DNA of 63,290 nucleotides, the filler included, from Pirum gemmata (taxonomy: Eukaryota), in assembly GCA_002812295.1 (NCBI GenBank). It is 12 parts of 12 records of this genome, joined end to end, with 100 filler letters (N's around TTAATTAATTAA, not from the genome) between each part and the next. Parts side by side here need not be neighbours in the genome. Positions count along the whole stretch, not along the records: positions 21,113 to 26,261 come from PDIN01000648.1; positions 26,362 to 31,542 come from PDIN01000649.1; positions 31,643 to 36,806 come from PDIN01000650.1; positions 36,907 to 42,099 come from PDIN01000651.1; 8 more parts are not named here. One strand, given 5' to 3'. A model generated the notes under the pieces. It searched no databases. It was given only the letters and a program-made list of their open reading frames with translations, and was not told the DNA's origin. Shown here in pieces: positions 26,111-37,893 of the stretch (within the stretch, counting starts at the first letter, position 1; each line of letters starts with the position of its first letter). A program made the position numbers and the translations under genes.

Positions 26111-26514
26111 TATAAATATTTTTATTTTAAACTTGAACACCCATGTTTTGAGTAGCCCGTTGTTCAAGTATAGAGCTTAAAACTTCGTCAGGTGACGGTT
26201 GAGATGCAACAGCCTATTTAAAACAATAGTGATAATAATAGTAATAATAACAATATTAATANNNNNNNNNNNNNNNNNNNNNNNNNNNNNNNNNNNNNNN
26301 NNNNNTTAATTAATTAANNNNNNNNNNNNNNNNNNNNNNNNNNNNNNNNNNNNNNNNNNNNATAATAATAATAATAATTGTGGTAGTGGTAATGGTAATA
26401 ATAATTTGCTTTTTTTTTGAAAAAAAGGCAGAAATCAACAAAAACAATTCAAAAATAAAAAATTGAAATTTCGGAGGATGTTTTTAAAATCCATTAATTT
26501 ACCTATTACTTTAG

Positions 26515-28152
26515 AAAATTGATTTCGAGGATGATCACTTTTGTGACAAGTGTGAAGAGATTATTGAAAACTTGAAGGAAAAGCCAAATATTTTGGTTTT
26601 CCCTGAAAAGGCATTCGGAAATGGTAAACCAATCGTACTTAACGAAAGTTCAGCTATAGTGAAGGTAACTTTTAATTTAAAGTCCACTAATGTCCCTTTT
26701 AATAGTGTTATTATGTTGGTATTTATTGTTTGTGTATGTGTTTGTGTGTATGATAGAAATTAGGAATGTTACTCGCTAAACACGCGATATATGCATTCAT
26801 TGGCAATGTTTTAGAAAAAGATGGGGAAACTAATTTTGAATCATCACTAATAATCAATTCTGATGGTACACCTATTGCTAAATATCGTTCAAGATTTCCG
26901 AACCAGTATGCGAAAGAGCTAAAAGTTCAAGCAGGTAGTAATACTTTTAGGTGATATTTTGTCCTTTTTATTTTCTGGTTTTGCGTTATCCTTGTTACAT
27001 TTTCATAACAACTTTTAGTGATCTTTGTTTGAATGTGTTTTTTAGTAAGGTTTATATGTAGCTTTTATCCTTTTATGTATATTAACTTCAGTAACTATTG
27101 TTATTGGTATATATATATTCCACCGAATCTGGGACTTTTCTCTTGATCAATTTTTATTAACTTTTTTAACTAAGATCAAGTTGTTACATAGTCCTGCTAT
27201 TTCGCTTTCTGTATTATATACTTATTATGGCGTCCAAGTAATTGTGTTTTTGTTCAACGATGAGTTCGTATTTAGGTTCTAGACCCTGTGTAATAGAAAC
27301 AAAATATGGAAGGCTTGGTTTTCTCACTAAAAGCGAACTTTCTTATCAAGATAACATTGTAAAAATGAAAGATCTTATGACGAAGCTGATTATTTCTCCA
27401 TGTTTTGAAAGTATGTAGTGGTTTATTTTTTTCTTAACTTTCTATTTTTATTATATTTAGGTTCTCATTACTATTACTTTACTTTTATTTAGATATATAG
27501 AGCAGTATATATATGTATATATATAATATTAATTCGAAAATTAAGGTTATGGTTTTTGTAGTCATGGTTGTGGTTGTGGTTGTGGTTGTTGATGACCTTA
27601 TTGTTGAGGTTAGATTGAAAACCAAGGTGGTGATTTGGGTTTTATCATATGAATTGTTTATACTTACAAAACTGATATTTGCCAAATTAGCTGAAAACTT
27701 TGAAATTCTACGCAATCATTGTGAAACATGGGTGAACACTTGCTTAAAAAATACTGTACAAAGGTACGAACTGAGAATATAATAATAATAAATAATAATA
27801 ATATGGCTTGTGATTGTGATTGTGATTGGAATTGTAATTGTAATTGTAATTGTAAATGCAATTGTAATAGTAATTGTAATTGTAATTGTAATTATTATTG
27901 TAATTGTAATTGTAATTGTAATTGTAATTGTAATTGTTAAAAATATCCTTCTTCTTTAACCGAAACCGCATAGTGTATTTACACTTGTTCTTGTAATTGT
28001 AATTGTAATTTTAATTGTATTTGTGTCATGTTAAAAATTGTTATTCATTGAGTAACTTTCAATTTTGATAAGATTATTTCTTTATATAAAACAGTGTTGA
28101 AGAGACCAATTTCGCTTCACGCCAGTGTATTTGCTATAAGGTGTATTTGTAA
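26515..28152 (+). CDS. Carbon-nitrogen hydrolase (nitrilase)-fold protein, 5'-partial, probably catalytically altered; join(<26515..26664,26757..26934,27276..27410,27691..27763,28095..28152), last exon uncertain
   Basis: Phase-consistent GT-AG exons; NILVFPE, SSLIINSDGTPIAKYRS, CVIETKYGRLGFL and LIISP follow the nitrilase motif order. Confidence 0.7.
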
Positions 28153-28696
28153 GACTAGGAGTATAAGCATTTTGTGTGTATTGTTTGTTAGTAAAAAACT
28201 TTTTTGGTTTTTAGTCAGGCACTTAGTCAAAAATTCTTTTGTTTGTCGGAAACCACATAGTATATATAGTCTAGGGGTGTGGTGTGGTAGGGGATTTACA
28301 TTTAATATATGGATCGATTTGCTGAAAGCTAAAGCAAATTTCACTTCATGGTAAATTTGTTTTTTAAATTATTAATTATTTCAATTATTTCCTATAAATG
28401 ATGGATGGACCTTGCAATTTACTATTAGACATGTCTAGAGTATAAAACTATTTATATGCAAATATAAAAGAGTTGGTAAATGAAATAGGCACAAGTATTA
28501 TATTTACATATCCAATAAACTGATAGTAGTAACGCTATAAATGGTCAACAACACAACACCATAATCATTTTTTTTTTTAAAATGGTATGGAACTATTTAT
28601 TATTATTATTACTATTACTATTATTATTATTATTACTATTATTATTATTATTACTATTATTATTATTATTATTTGTTTTTTTAAATAAAAAATGAT

Positions 28697-30565
28697 TTAC
28701 ACTTTTAAATCAGAAGTCAAACTTGGAATGCGCCAATTCCGGAATCTAACAAAATAAGGCAAAGCATTTTTGACAACATCGAATTGTGGATCAAGTTGAC
28801 GAATCGCACTTTCTGTTAGAGACATGGTACAAATAGTAAGGGCAACATCACCACGTAGACTTAAACCGTTTTTTTGCATATTTCTTAAAACATTTCCCAA
28901 CATTTCACCAATATTGACAGGTCCACATGAGTTTGTCTCTGTGAATCCTTTTTCGCCCATGTACACGGCTAAAGTGCTTTTAGTGTCATTTCTGAAATTC
29001 TCTATAACTTCGGGGGTCAAAGTGCTCTTATTATCAGAGAATTCAACCAATTTCTCAACAACTTCATTGGTATCACCAGTGCATAATGCAAGCAGAAAGA
29101 AACCAAATGGAACTTCAATATCTTTATGAAGAGCTGTGGTTAATCCAGCGTCAATAATTCCAAGCTTTTGTATTTTCTTCTTTGCATTAATGACCCGGTC
29201 TGCACTAACTTCATTGCCTTCGTCATCATGAAAATAATCTACAGCAATGATATTGCCACCATGTAAATCACCATGCACATAATTATCGCGTAAATACATT
29301 TTCATGCTTAGATCAAATAAAACGGTAGCTAAATTTTCTTTCAAAACTTTAACTTCCCCAGAAAACGTATTGAAAACAGTTTCTTTAAAACCCAAACCAA
29401 CGTCTGAAAACACTGATTCTACCATAGATCCATGAACCCAACTTTCAATTAAGACAGCACTTGAAGTAAACGTTGGAATAACAGAAGGAAATTGGACACT
29501 TATTTCATCTGCAAAATTGTGTGCGAAACGCTGAAGATTATACGCTTCCCAGTTCAAATCTAACTGCATTTGTAAAGCTTTAGTAAAGCTTTCTTTTTCA
29601 AAAGGAATTTGAATACCTATAATAGTTGAGCCCACGTAATTAAGTAAGTTAAATAAAATGCTTGTATCAACAAAAGTTTCCGCTAGAACGGAAGGATGTC
29701 TAACTTTCACAGCGACATCATTTTTATGCCCAGCAACTACGTATTCAGGTCGAAGTTTAGCTTTATACACTTGCGCAATAGAACCACTTGCCACAGGTAC
29801 AGGGTTGAATTCAATAAAAATTTCTTCGATTTCTTTACCAAAAGCTTCTCGAATAGCTTCCTTGGTATGCTCTAACGTATGTGAAGGTGCATCGGACCTT
29901 AATTTTGAAAGGGCCTGAACAAAATCTTCAGAAAACAAATCCGGGCGCATAGACAACCATTGGGCAAATTTTTGCACACAACAACCACCAGCCTCACAAG
30001 AACTTACTAAATAATTTAACCAAGTTTCTCTAAGCTCCTTGTTATCTGGGCGAATAATAATAACACACGATAACATTGCAAAAGGAAAAAAAGTTACAAC
30101 TAAAGAAGCAGCTCGCTGTATAGTAAACAATATTTTCCACCACCAAGGCTTAAAAGCAAAGGGATGATCAAAGTCTTCAGATGGAGGTGGAGGTGGGTTA
30201 GTGGGCAAGGATGTTTCTTGGCGGCCACTGAATAAAAGCTTGACTTTTAAGTTTCTATTGTATAAATATAACGCTATCCCACAACCTCCCACAGTTAAAA
30301 TAGTTCCAAACGAGGCTAAAATGCGAAATTTACTGTTTAAAAAAAAATTCTTGGTCACTGTAGTTGATAGGGAACGGTTATTGTTTCGTAAAAAATTTTG
30401 TAGAATAAATTTGTTTGAATTAATTATAAAAGATTGTTTGGGGTTCTTCGATTGGTTACATAGAAAGGTTGATTTGAAAGTATAAAAGTTATTTCTTGGA
30501 ATGGTGGGTCGAACGAACTGTTGAACGTTAGTTCCAGCCCTCAAACCAATGTTGAGAAACCTCAT
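28697..30565 (-). CDS. ABC1/UbiB atypical kinase, ADCK2/Cqd1-like, probably mitochondrial, 622 aa, intronless
   Basis: QKFAQWLSMRPDLF, ASGSIAQVYKA, VAVKVRHP, HGDLHGGNI, IIDAG; Arg/Ser-rich N-terminal presequence-like region from the ATG at 30565. Confidence 0.92.
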   Translation of the reverse strand: MRFLNIGLRAGTNVQQFVRPTIPRNNFYTFKSTFLCNQSKNPKQSFIINSNKFILQNFLRNNNRSLSTTVTKNFFLNSKFRILASFGTILTVGGCGIALYLYNRNLKVKLLFSGRQETSLPTNPPPPPSEDFDHPFAFKPWWWKILFTIQRAASLVVTFFPFAMLSCVIIIRPDNKELRETWLNYLVSSCEAGGCCVQKFAQWLSMRPDLFSEDFVQALSKLRSDAPSHTLEHTKEAIREAFGKEIEEIFIEFNPVPVASGSIAQVYKAKLRPEYVVAGHKNDVAVKVRHPSVLAETFVDTSILFNLLNYVGSTIIGIQIPFEKESFTKALQMQLDLNWEAYNLQRFAHNFADEISVQFPSVIPTFTSSAVLIESWVHGSMVESVFSDVGLGFKETVFNTFSGEVKVLKENLATVLFDLSMKMYLRDNYVHGDLHGGNIIAVDYFHDDEGNEVSADRVINAKKKIQKLGIIDAGLTTALHKDIEVPFGFFLLALCTGDTNEVVEKLVEFSDNKSTLTPEVIENFRNDTKSTLAVYMGEKGFTETNSCGPVNIGEMLGNVLRNMQKNGLSLRGDVALTICTMSLTESAIRQLDPQFDVVKNALPYFVRFRNWRIPSLTSDLKV

Positions 30566-31098
30566 GTTGCACCGACAAAAAACCAAAAAAGCAAATAAAC
30601 GTAAAATATGGCTTTAAAAGATAACACACACAAAACGTGTATTTAGAACTAAATGTTAAAACAAATATTAAAACAAAATGTGTATTTAGAACTAAATATT
30701 AAAACAAAATTATTTACAATTCTCAAATAATTATTAAAATTCTCAAACTTTTTTTACTAAATATTAAAACAAAATTATTTACAATTCTCAAATATTCTCA
30801 AACTTTTTTTTTTTGTTCTATATCATAATATTATCACACTTGTATCACCACTTATATCTTTTTTTTATATCGATATGATATGATATCTATTTATCATAGT
30901 AGTCTAGACTCTATAGTCTAAATAAATAAATAGGAAAAACAAATGAATTTTTGCTACCATATGCATCATGCGTGGTATAAATGTGGTATACCAGCCAGAG
31001 TATCTATCTGACCTCTCTACTAGCTAGCTAGCTAGAGCTAGCTAGTGATAGTATATTTTATCATATCGGATAGTAGCTATCATATCTATCATAGCTAG

Positions 31099-31337
31099 TA
31101 GGGGTGAGATATCTACTGGAACTTTTTTCGAACAGATGCTTATCGAGCCAACCTTAGTTCCGTGTTCCTTACTAATAATAGCAGTTAAATAGCTTAAAAT
31201 AGTAANNNNNNNNNNNNNNNNNNNNNNNNNNNNNNNNNAAAGTAATATTATTAACATTAATAGTAATAAAAACCATAAAAATGGGAAAAGTTCCGGAAGC
31301 TGTTCGGTAATAATAAAATGACGTCATCTCACCCCTA
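31099..31337. mobile_element. hAT-like MITE containing an assembly gap; related end at ~44345
   Basis: TAGGGGTGAGAT...ATCTCACCCCTA inverted ends; 8-bp flanks ATAGCTAG/CTAGCTAG (7/8); GGGATGAGATGACGTCAT recurs at ~44348. Confidence 0.55.
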
Positions 31338-31804
31338 CTAGCTAGCTATAGCTCCATCATAGCCACTCTAGCTATAGCTACTGGCTACTGTAGGTCTGTA
31401 GGTTATGTAATACGTAGACCCCCCCCCCTGTAACCTGTCTGCTATCGATAGGATTCGATACCTGTTATGATACGTAAATATGATACCGGTAGTAGCTAGC
31501 ATAGTCTATGTATGGATAATAATATTATAAATACGATTTGAANNNNNNNNNNNNNNNNNNNNNNNNNNNNNNNNNNNNNNNNNNNNTTAATTAATTAANN
31601 NNNNNNNNNNNNNNNNNNNNNNNNNNNNNNNNNNNNNNNNNNTTTTAATTTTGATTTTGATTTTTAATTTTGATTATTTTTAATTTTGATTTTGATTTTT
31701 AATTTTGATTTTGACGGTTTTTCATGGTTTTCACGGTTTTTCACGGTTTTCTTGATTTTTTAATTTTGATTTTGATTTTTAATTTTGATTTTTAATTTTG
31801 ATTA

Positions 31805-32549
31805 TATAAATGTATAATATATAATATGTAATATTTGAAAAGCAACATTTTTAATCGACCTGCCTCAGTTAATCGAACTGCCTCAGTTCAATGAACCATA
31901 GTATATAAGGCCGTCAGTAGAATTATTATATTAATGAGTCAGGGGATTTTGCCACTTTCATCCGGCTTGGGTGTTTTTTTTTTTTTTTTAAAAAAAACTA
32001 GCAATGCTATAGACATGTAGCGGACGGAAATAATTATATATATGAAATTGTGAATGATGATCAGAAAGGTAGTCAATTTGGCTTCATACTGCTTGCTTCA
32101 TGTTCTTGCACTAGCTAGTTGTCAACGTGGACCAAACTAGTCGAATCTAGCTAGCTAGCTAGGGTTTTCTTTCATGAGCTACTAACAGAGTAAGGGTCAC
32201 TAGCTAGATTCGACTTAGTTTGGAATGCGATCAACTCCAAAAGTCAACCGTATCGTTGACGGGGAAAGAAAATTATTTTTCAAAAGAGAGATTGACAGCC
32301 CTGAATTTACAAAACAACAAGACCGTTGTAGCCTCGCTGACCTCCTGTACCAAAGACTAGTGGCTATCAAAGACTTCCTACCACAGCCTTTGTTTACAAA
32401 TAAATGGAATTATAGTCTCTGGTAGTCTAGTAGTCTACAAGCCAAAAGACTTAAAAAAGTCTTGTTTTATATTTTTATTAAAAAAAAACTTACAGCAAAA
32501 CAAATTTTTTCTCTTTTGCTTTTTCGACAACTTTTTCGCGTCACATGGT

Positions 32550-32601
<52 letters not shown>

Positions 32602-33605
32602 GGCTAGCCAGCAGTAGCTACTATAGTCTACTAGGTAACTCTAGCTATCGTATGATAGTTGAGGAGAGTCCTACTGCAGCTAGCTAACTAGCTAGTAGCT
32701 ACTGTGTAGTAGTCTAGCTAGCAGTACAATTCCATTATTAAGACCATTTTCGCTAAAATTTCGCATTTTGTGGGGAAACAAAATATTATAAAAATATTAT
32801 CGGTTGTAATTATTATTATAAGTTATAAGTTGTAACCCAGAGTTTTTAATTAATTTGTGGCAATTCTTAGGAATTATTACGGTAAATATACAGCTAAATT
32901 AAAAATTATTATCATCATCATCAATACCGCCACCACCACCACCACACCACCACCACCACCACCACCACCACCACCATCACCACCATCACCACCATCATCA
33001 CCACCATCACCACCATCATCACCACCACCACCACCATTATCTGTACCACTATCAGCACCACTAGCATCATCATCATCATAACATAATTACAACAGAGTAT
33101 TTATAGTCAAAAAAAGCTGAATTCAAAGTTTAAAACAATTACAATCGAATGGAGTTAATTAGAAAATATAAAGAAAATACTACAGTGTTTATGTTTAGAT
33201 CTCCACCTCAGCTGTATTTAACTCAACGGTATTTTAGCTCAACTATGTCCACTATATTAAAGCAACAATTAAGCTATTTATTACAATAAAAAAAAATATG
33301 ATAAAGTTCAGCACACTTTAATACCAAAAAATGACTTCTTATTAAATAACAAATAAAGAAGCTACTATATATAATATAATATATAATATTTGAAAAGCAA
33401 CGTTTTTAATTGAACTGCCTTAGTACAATTAACCGAGTATATAAGGCCGTATTGTATTAATGAATCAGGGGATTTTGCCACTTTCATCCGGCTTAGGTGT
33501 TTTTTATTATTATTTTTTAAAAACTAACAATGCTACAGACATGCAACGGACGGAAAGAATAATACGTATGAATGATGATCAGGAAGGTAGTCAATTTAGC
33601 TTCGA
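31805..33605 (+). repeat. Diverged ~250-bp direct duplication (~31805-32085 and ~33365-33603)
   Basis: Shared ATTTGAAAAGCAAC, GTATATAAGGCCGT, TCAGGGGATTTTGCCACTTTCATCCGGCTT and GAATGATGATCAG.AAGGTAGTCAATTT. Confidence 0.85.
32132..32223. repeat. Short inverted-repeat element
   Basis: CCAAACTAGTCGAATCTAGCTAG ... CTAGCTAGATTCGACTTAGTTTGG (one indel). Confidence 0.7.
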
Positions 33606-34116
33606 ACAGAAACTCGAAAAAACAAATTTACTGAGTCAATATAGCTTTTTATATGCTCGAATGGCATTTGAATGCTAATTCCATATATACGAGCCTGCAA
33701 ATAGCAATTTAATTTTTTCTTAATATGTATGGGTACAAATGTCGTGTTTTTGACCCAACTAAGGCCAACTCACCTTTTTTATTATCCCTGTATTATAGTG
33801 CTTTTCAGTTGTTTTGTCATCATAAAATATACAATAAATAATACCAAATTAATATAATATAAATCTATTTAATTTAATTTGGTATATTATATTATCTATA
33901 CATTGATTTAAAAATGTCAATTTAAATATTATAACCCTCCAAATAAATATTCAGAGTGACAAAATAAATGAAAAGCACGATAATAAAGTTTATTGAAAAA
34001 CGGATTTTTAAAAGAAAATTATCTCACAAAGTGATATTGATATTGTTTTTCTTTGGACTTTGAAAACTGCTTCCTATATAAAACTACATAGTTGTGGTAG
34101 ACGAGCGTATTTACAG

Positions 34117-34923
34117 TAGAGTAGGACCGTAATGTCCCGGCATTTTTTTTCTTTTTTTTCGATTGAAACTTTGGATAGAATCAAGCTACATGCTCGAGAG
34201 TTATGCTAAAATTCAACGGTTACTATCCTCTTTCTATATAACTTTACATTATTTTAATGAACCAATGATATCTGTAAGACTATAAAAAATTACTTTTTTC
34301 ATCAAAAACCGTACAGTCCTGACACATACCAAAACAGAAATAAATCAGCAGCTACGTATTTATGGATACCAAAATGTGCAAATTAATAGTCTAAACATAT
34401 TTTTAGTAGTTTTTTAGTCCACACCCATCAAAAAATTAACAACATTGTGAGTCTGATTTTTTTTTTTTTTTTTTTTTTTGCAGTTTTGAAACTGGTTGAA
34501 TCTAGGTGTTTCGTAACATAAAGAAACAATGAAAAGACCTGTTACAGACTACCACCTTTTATTATGAATTTTTTTTTTACTTGATATTATTTTTTTTTTA
34601 AACTTTTATAAGTAAACGATGATTTGTTTAAATTCAAAAATTCGAAATATAAAACTTACTAGAAATGACCTGACGAATCGTTTCCGATCATTATTTTATA
34701 TTTTTTCTAATAAAGTTGTTTGTTCACTTTTTTTTTGTAAATGTCTAATAGAACAATTCTTTTAAAAAAAATACCAATCAATCACAAATGTTTTTTTCTT
34801 TTTTCGACCAGCAGTCTACAAAATATGTTCGGTAATGGGTTTTTTACTCGATCCGAATCGAGCCAAAAAATCGAAAAAATTGTCAGGACTATATGGAGTA
34901 TGGGAGTATACGGTTCTACTCTA
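34117..34923. mobile_element. Non-autonomous DNA transposon, ~800 bp, GAG...CTC termini, TA flanks
   Basis: TA-GAGTAGGACCGTAATGTCCC ... GGGAGTATACGGTTCTACTC-TA (16/20 inverted match); no transposase ORF. Confidence 0.7.
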
Positions 34924-35394
34924 AAAATGAAAGGAATTGACCAGGAAGAAATTACTTGCTAACAAAATCGTCTATTACAAATTACTAAGCGGTTCCCGAA
35001 AGGACCGTTAAGTATAAAGTTTCATAGTTTTCTCTATCACGAAGTAATTGATAAAAATATCAATTATGATCATTTATCGAGTGATGAGTTTTTTTTTAAA
35101 GCACGACGAATTGGGGTGTTATTGTATTCTAGTTTGTTAGCATATGACATTTTCAAAACGAAGTTACTTTGTAGCTCGTCAAAAACACAAAGTTGATTCA
35201 ATCCACCAAGTGAACTACAGGCACGAGAAAATTTTGCCAAGGCAATAGTTATATAATAAGAATAATAACAAGAATAATAGGAATAATGATAATAGTAATA
35301 CTAAGGTTAGGGTTAGGGTTAGGGTTAAGGTCAAGTAGTACAATAGAGTGCAGTATTTAACACAATGAAATTCGTCACTAAATATATAAATTTA

Positions 35395-35592
35395 AAACCT
35401 AAATTCATTCACCTCTATACAAAGTTATTTTTTATACCTTTAATTTTCGAATATATATATAAAATCTCAATATAAAATGAAGCCATTAGTGGTTAAATTC
35501 ATTTACTTCTATACAAAGTTATTTTTTAAACCTTTAATTTTCGAATATATATATATAATCTCAATGTATAAAATGAAGCCATTAGTGGTTTA
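35395..35592 (+). repeat. ~95-bp tandem duplication
   Basis: AAATTCATT.AC.TCTATACAAAGTTATTTTT...TGAAGCCATTAGTGGTT twice. Confidence 0.85.
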
Positions 35593-37087
35593 AAGTTTTA
35601 AAGGCTTCTTATCACCTTTTAAAATTAATCATTCACGATATGTACTACTTCCCCAAAAAATGAAACCGCTCTGGAAACTGTCTCCTAAATTGAAACCAAT
35701 TATAAATTATTTGGTAGTCTATAACTTCCTATAAATCACATTATATTATATATCAATTAATATTTTGTAACATTTTTTTGTTAGTCTGGTATCTTTTTAA
35801 TTATGAAATGGTCAATAATAAAAATAGATTCCTAATATAGACTGACAATATGTAATCTGGCTTTTTTTGGGGTTGTGAGATCTTTTTTCTCATCTTTAAT
35901 TGGGTACCGCAAAATCTACATTTTCGCTAACATTTTTTTTTTCTCAGTGGCTAGGGATGCTAGCTAGTAGGGCTAGCTAGGAGACGTTGCTAGCTAGCTA
36001 TGATAGCTAGAGTCTACTGCTAGCTACAGAGATGGTTCCACTAACTACTAGCTAGCTAGATTAGCTATCCTGTTTTTCAATAGTGTTGTCCAGTTCAAAA
36101 ACTGAAATATTATTATGGTTAAACTATCAGACATGTTTTAATTAATTGGGTATTTTATAAGTAATGTTGTATTTTATAAACAAGTTCAATTATACACTTA
36201 AAACAGTACTAAATTAAAGATTGAGTGGAGTAATGCAATAGACGATATTAGCTGGTCTTCTCGATGCCATTAGAAAGAGAAACCGGTCCAGACCTTCTTC
36301 AATAAAGACATAGCATCATAGTCTAGTCTAGCTAGAGCTCTAGCTAGTAGTGTATACTATTAACTACTAGCTAGTTGTTAGGTATAGTAGCGATAACTAC
36401 TATCATAGCTAGTAGTTGCTAATAGCTAGTTGCTAGCTACACCTACTAACTATCTAGACTACTACTAGCTAGCTAGTAGTCTTTTGATTAGACTAACATC
36501 CGAAAAAAAATTAGTCTGCCAAAAAAAAATTTTTTTTTTCTCCAGAAATCAATTAATTTTTTTTTTCTCCGGATAAAACTGTAGAAATCAAAATGTTTTA
36601 GACTTCTTTTCTAAAAACCTTTAATGTTAACTAGCCAATTTATTTTTAAAAACTAGTCATTGGTTCATAATAGAGTTTTTTTAGTTAGATGATTTCTCAA
36701 AATTAGGTAGTATTTTCATTAAAATTGGAGCATTTTGAGATTTAATTTTGAGCTTATATGGCGGATGTCGCCATTTTTATCCGGCTTGGTAGTTAAAAAA
36801 AAAAAANNNNNNNNNNNNNNNNNNNNNNNNNNNNNNNNNNNNNNNNNNNNTTAATTAATTAANNNNNNNNNNNNNNNNNNNNNNNNNNNNNNNNNNNNNN
36901 NNNNNNATAATAATAAAATAATAATTAAAAAATAACAATAATGAAATAATAATACTGGTCAAATAGCAAGAATAATAATAGAAAAATATTACAAACAATA
37001 CTTACAATCCATCAAATGAATAACAAAACAGAAATATTGCGTATATTATATATTATATCAATATAAACATAATATCTAGATAATATC

Positions 37088-37739
37088 ATGATGGTCCAAA
37101 ACCACTCAGATACATCGGCATTTTCAATAGGAAATATGCTTAAAGGGCCGAGGTATTTTCAACATAGCCGCCACCCACATTATACCAATCACGATAGCAA
37201 TAGTAATTCCCACAATACAACGCCATCATCACCTCAAAATTACGAAAAATACCAATATTCTCAAGCTAAGAACGATGAAGATGAACTACCTTATTTTCAA
37301 CATGATCATCGGCAACAACAACGACATTATGAACAACAGCAACCACGGGAAAAATGCCATACCTATTATGAACAGTACGAACAAATTAATGAACCTCTTT
37401 ATGAGGTGCAATGCCAAAAAGTACAATATTCCAAACAATACACACAAGCACAAAATGATGTGAGTAGTGAATCAAGGGCCAAGCAATACGGACAAGCACA
37501 AAATAGTGTAAATGTTGAAACAAAGCATGAACAATCATCATATAATCTAGAACAACAACAACAACAATATTACCACAACCACGATCAACAACAACAACAA
37601 CAGCAGCAGCAGCAGCAACAACAGCAAACTCACCTGCATTTCAAATACGAAAGTCAGCAATACGAATATCAACCAGAACATCAACATCAACATCAACAAC
37701 AACATCATCAACATCAACATCAGCATCAACATCAACATC

Positions 37740-37797
<58 letters not shown>

Positions 37798-37799
37798 GC

Positions 37800-37845
<46 letters not shown>

Positions 37846-37852
37846 GCGACAA

Positions 37853-37893
<41 letters not shown>

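Noticed and set aside
28824..30485. Plus-strand ORFs of 86-101 aa
   Set aside because: Antisense shadows of the ABC1 kinase gene
32857..33081. Poly-Pro ORF, and the Q/P-rich ORF at 44931-45203
   Set aside because: Explained by (CCA)/(CAA) microsatellites; no domain or convincing exon structure
34985..35012. GAAA-loop hairpin as a Helitron 3' end or terminator
   Set aside because: Stem is short and bulged, no CTRR follows, and it occurs once
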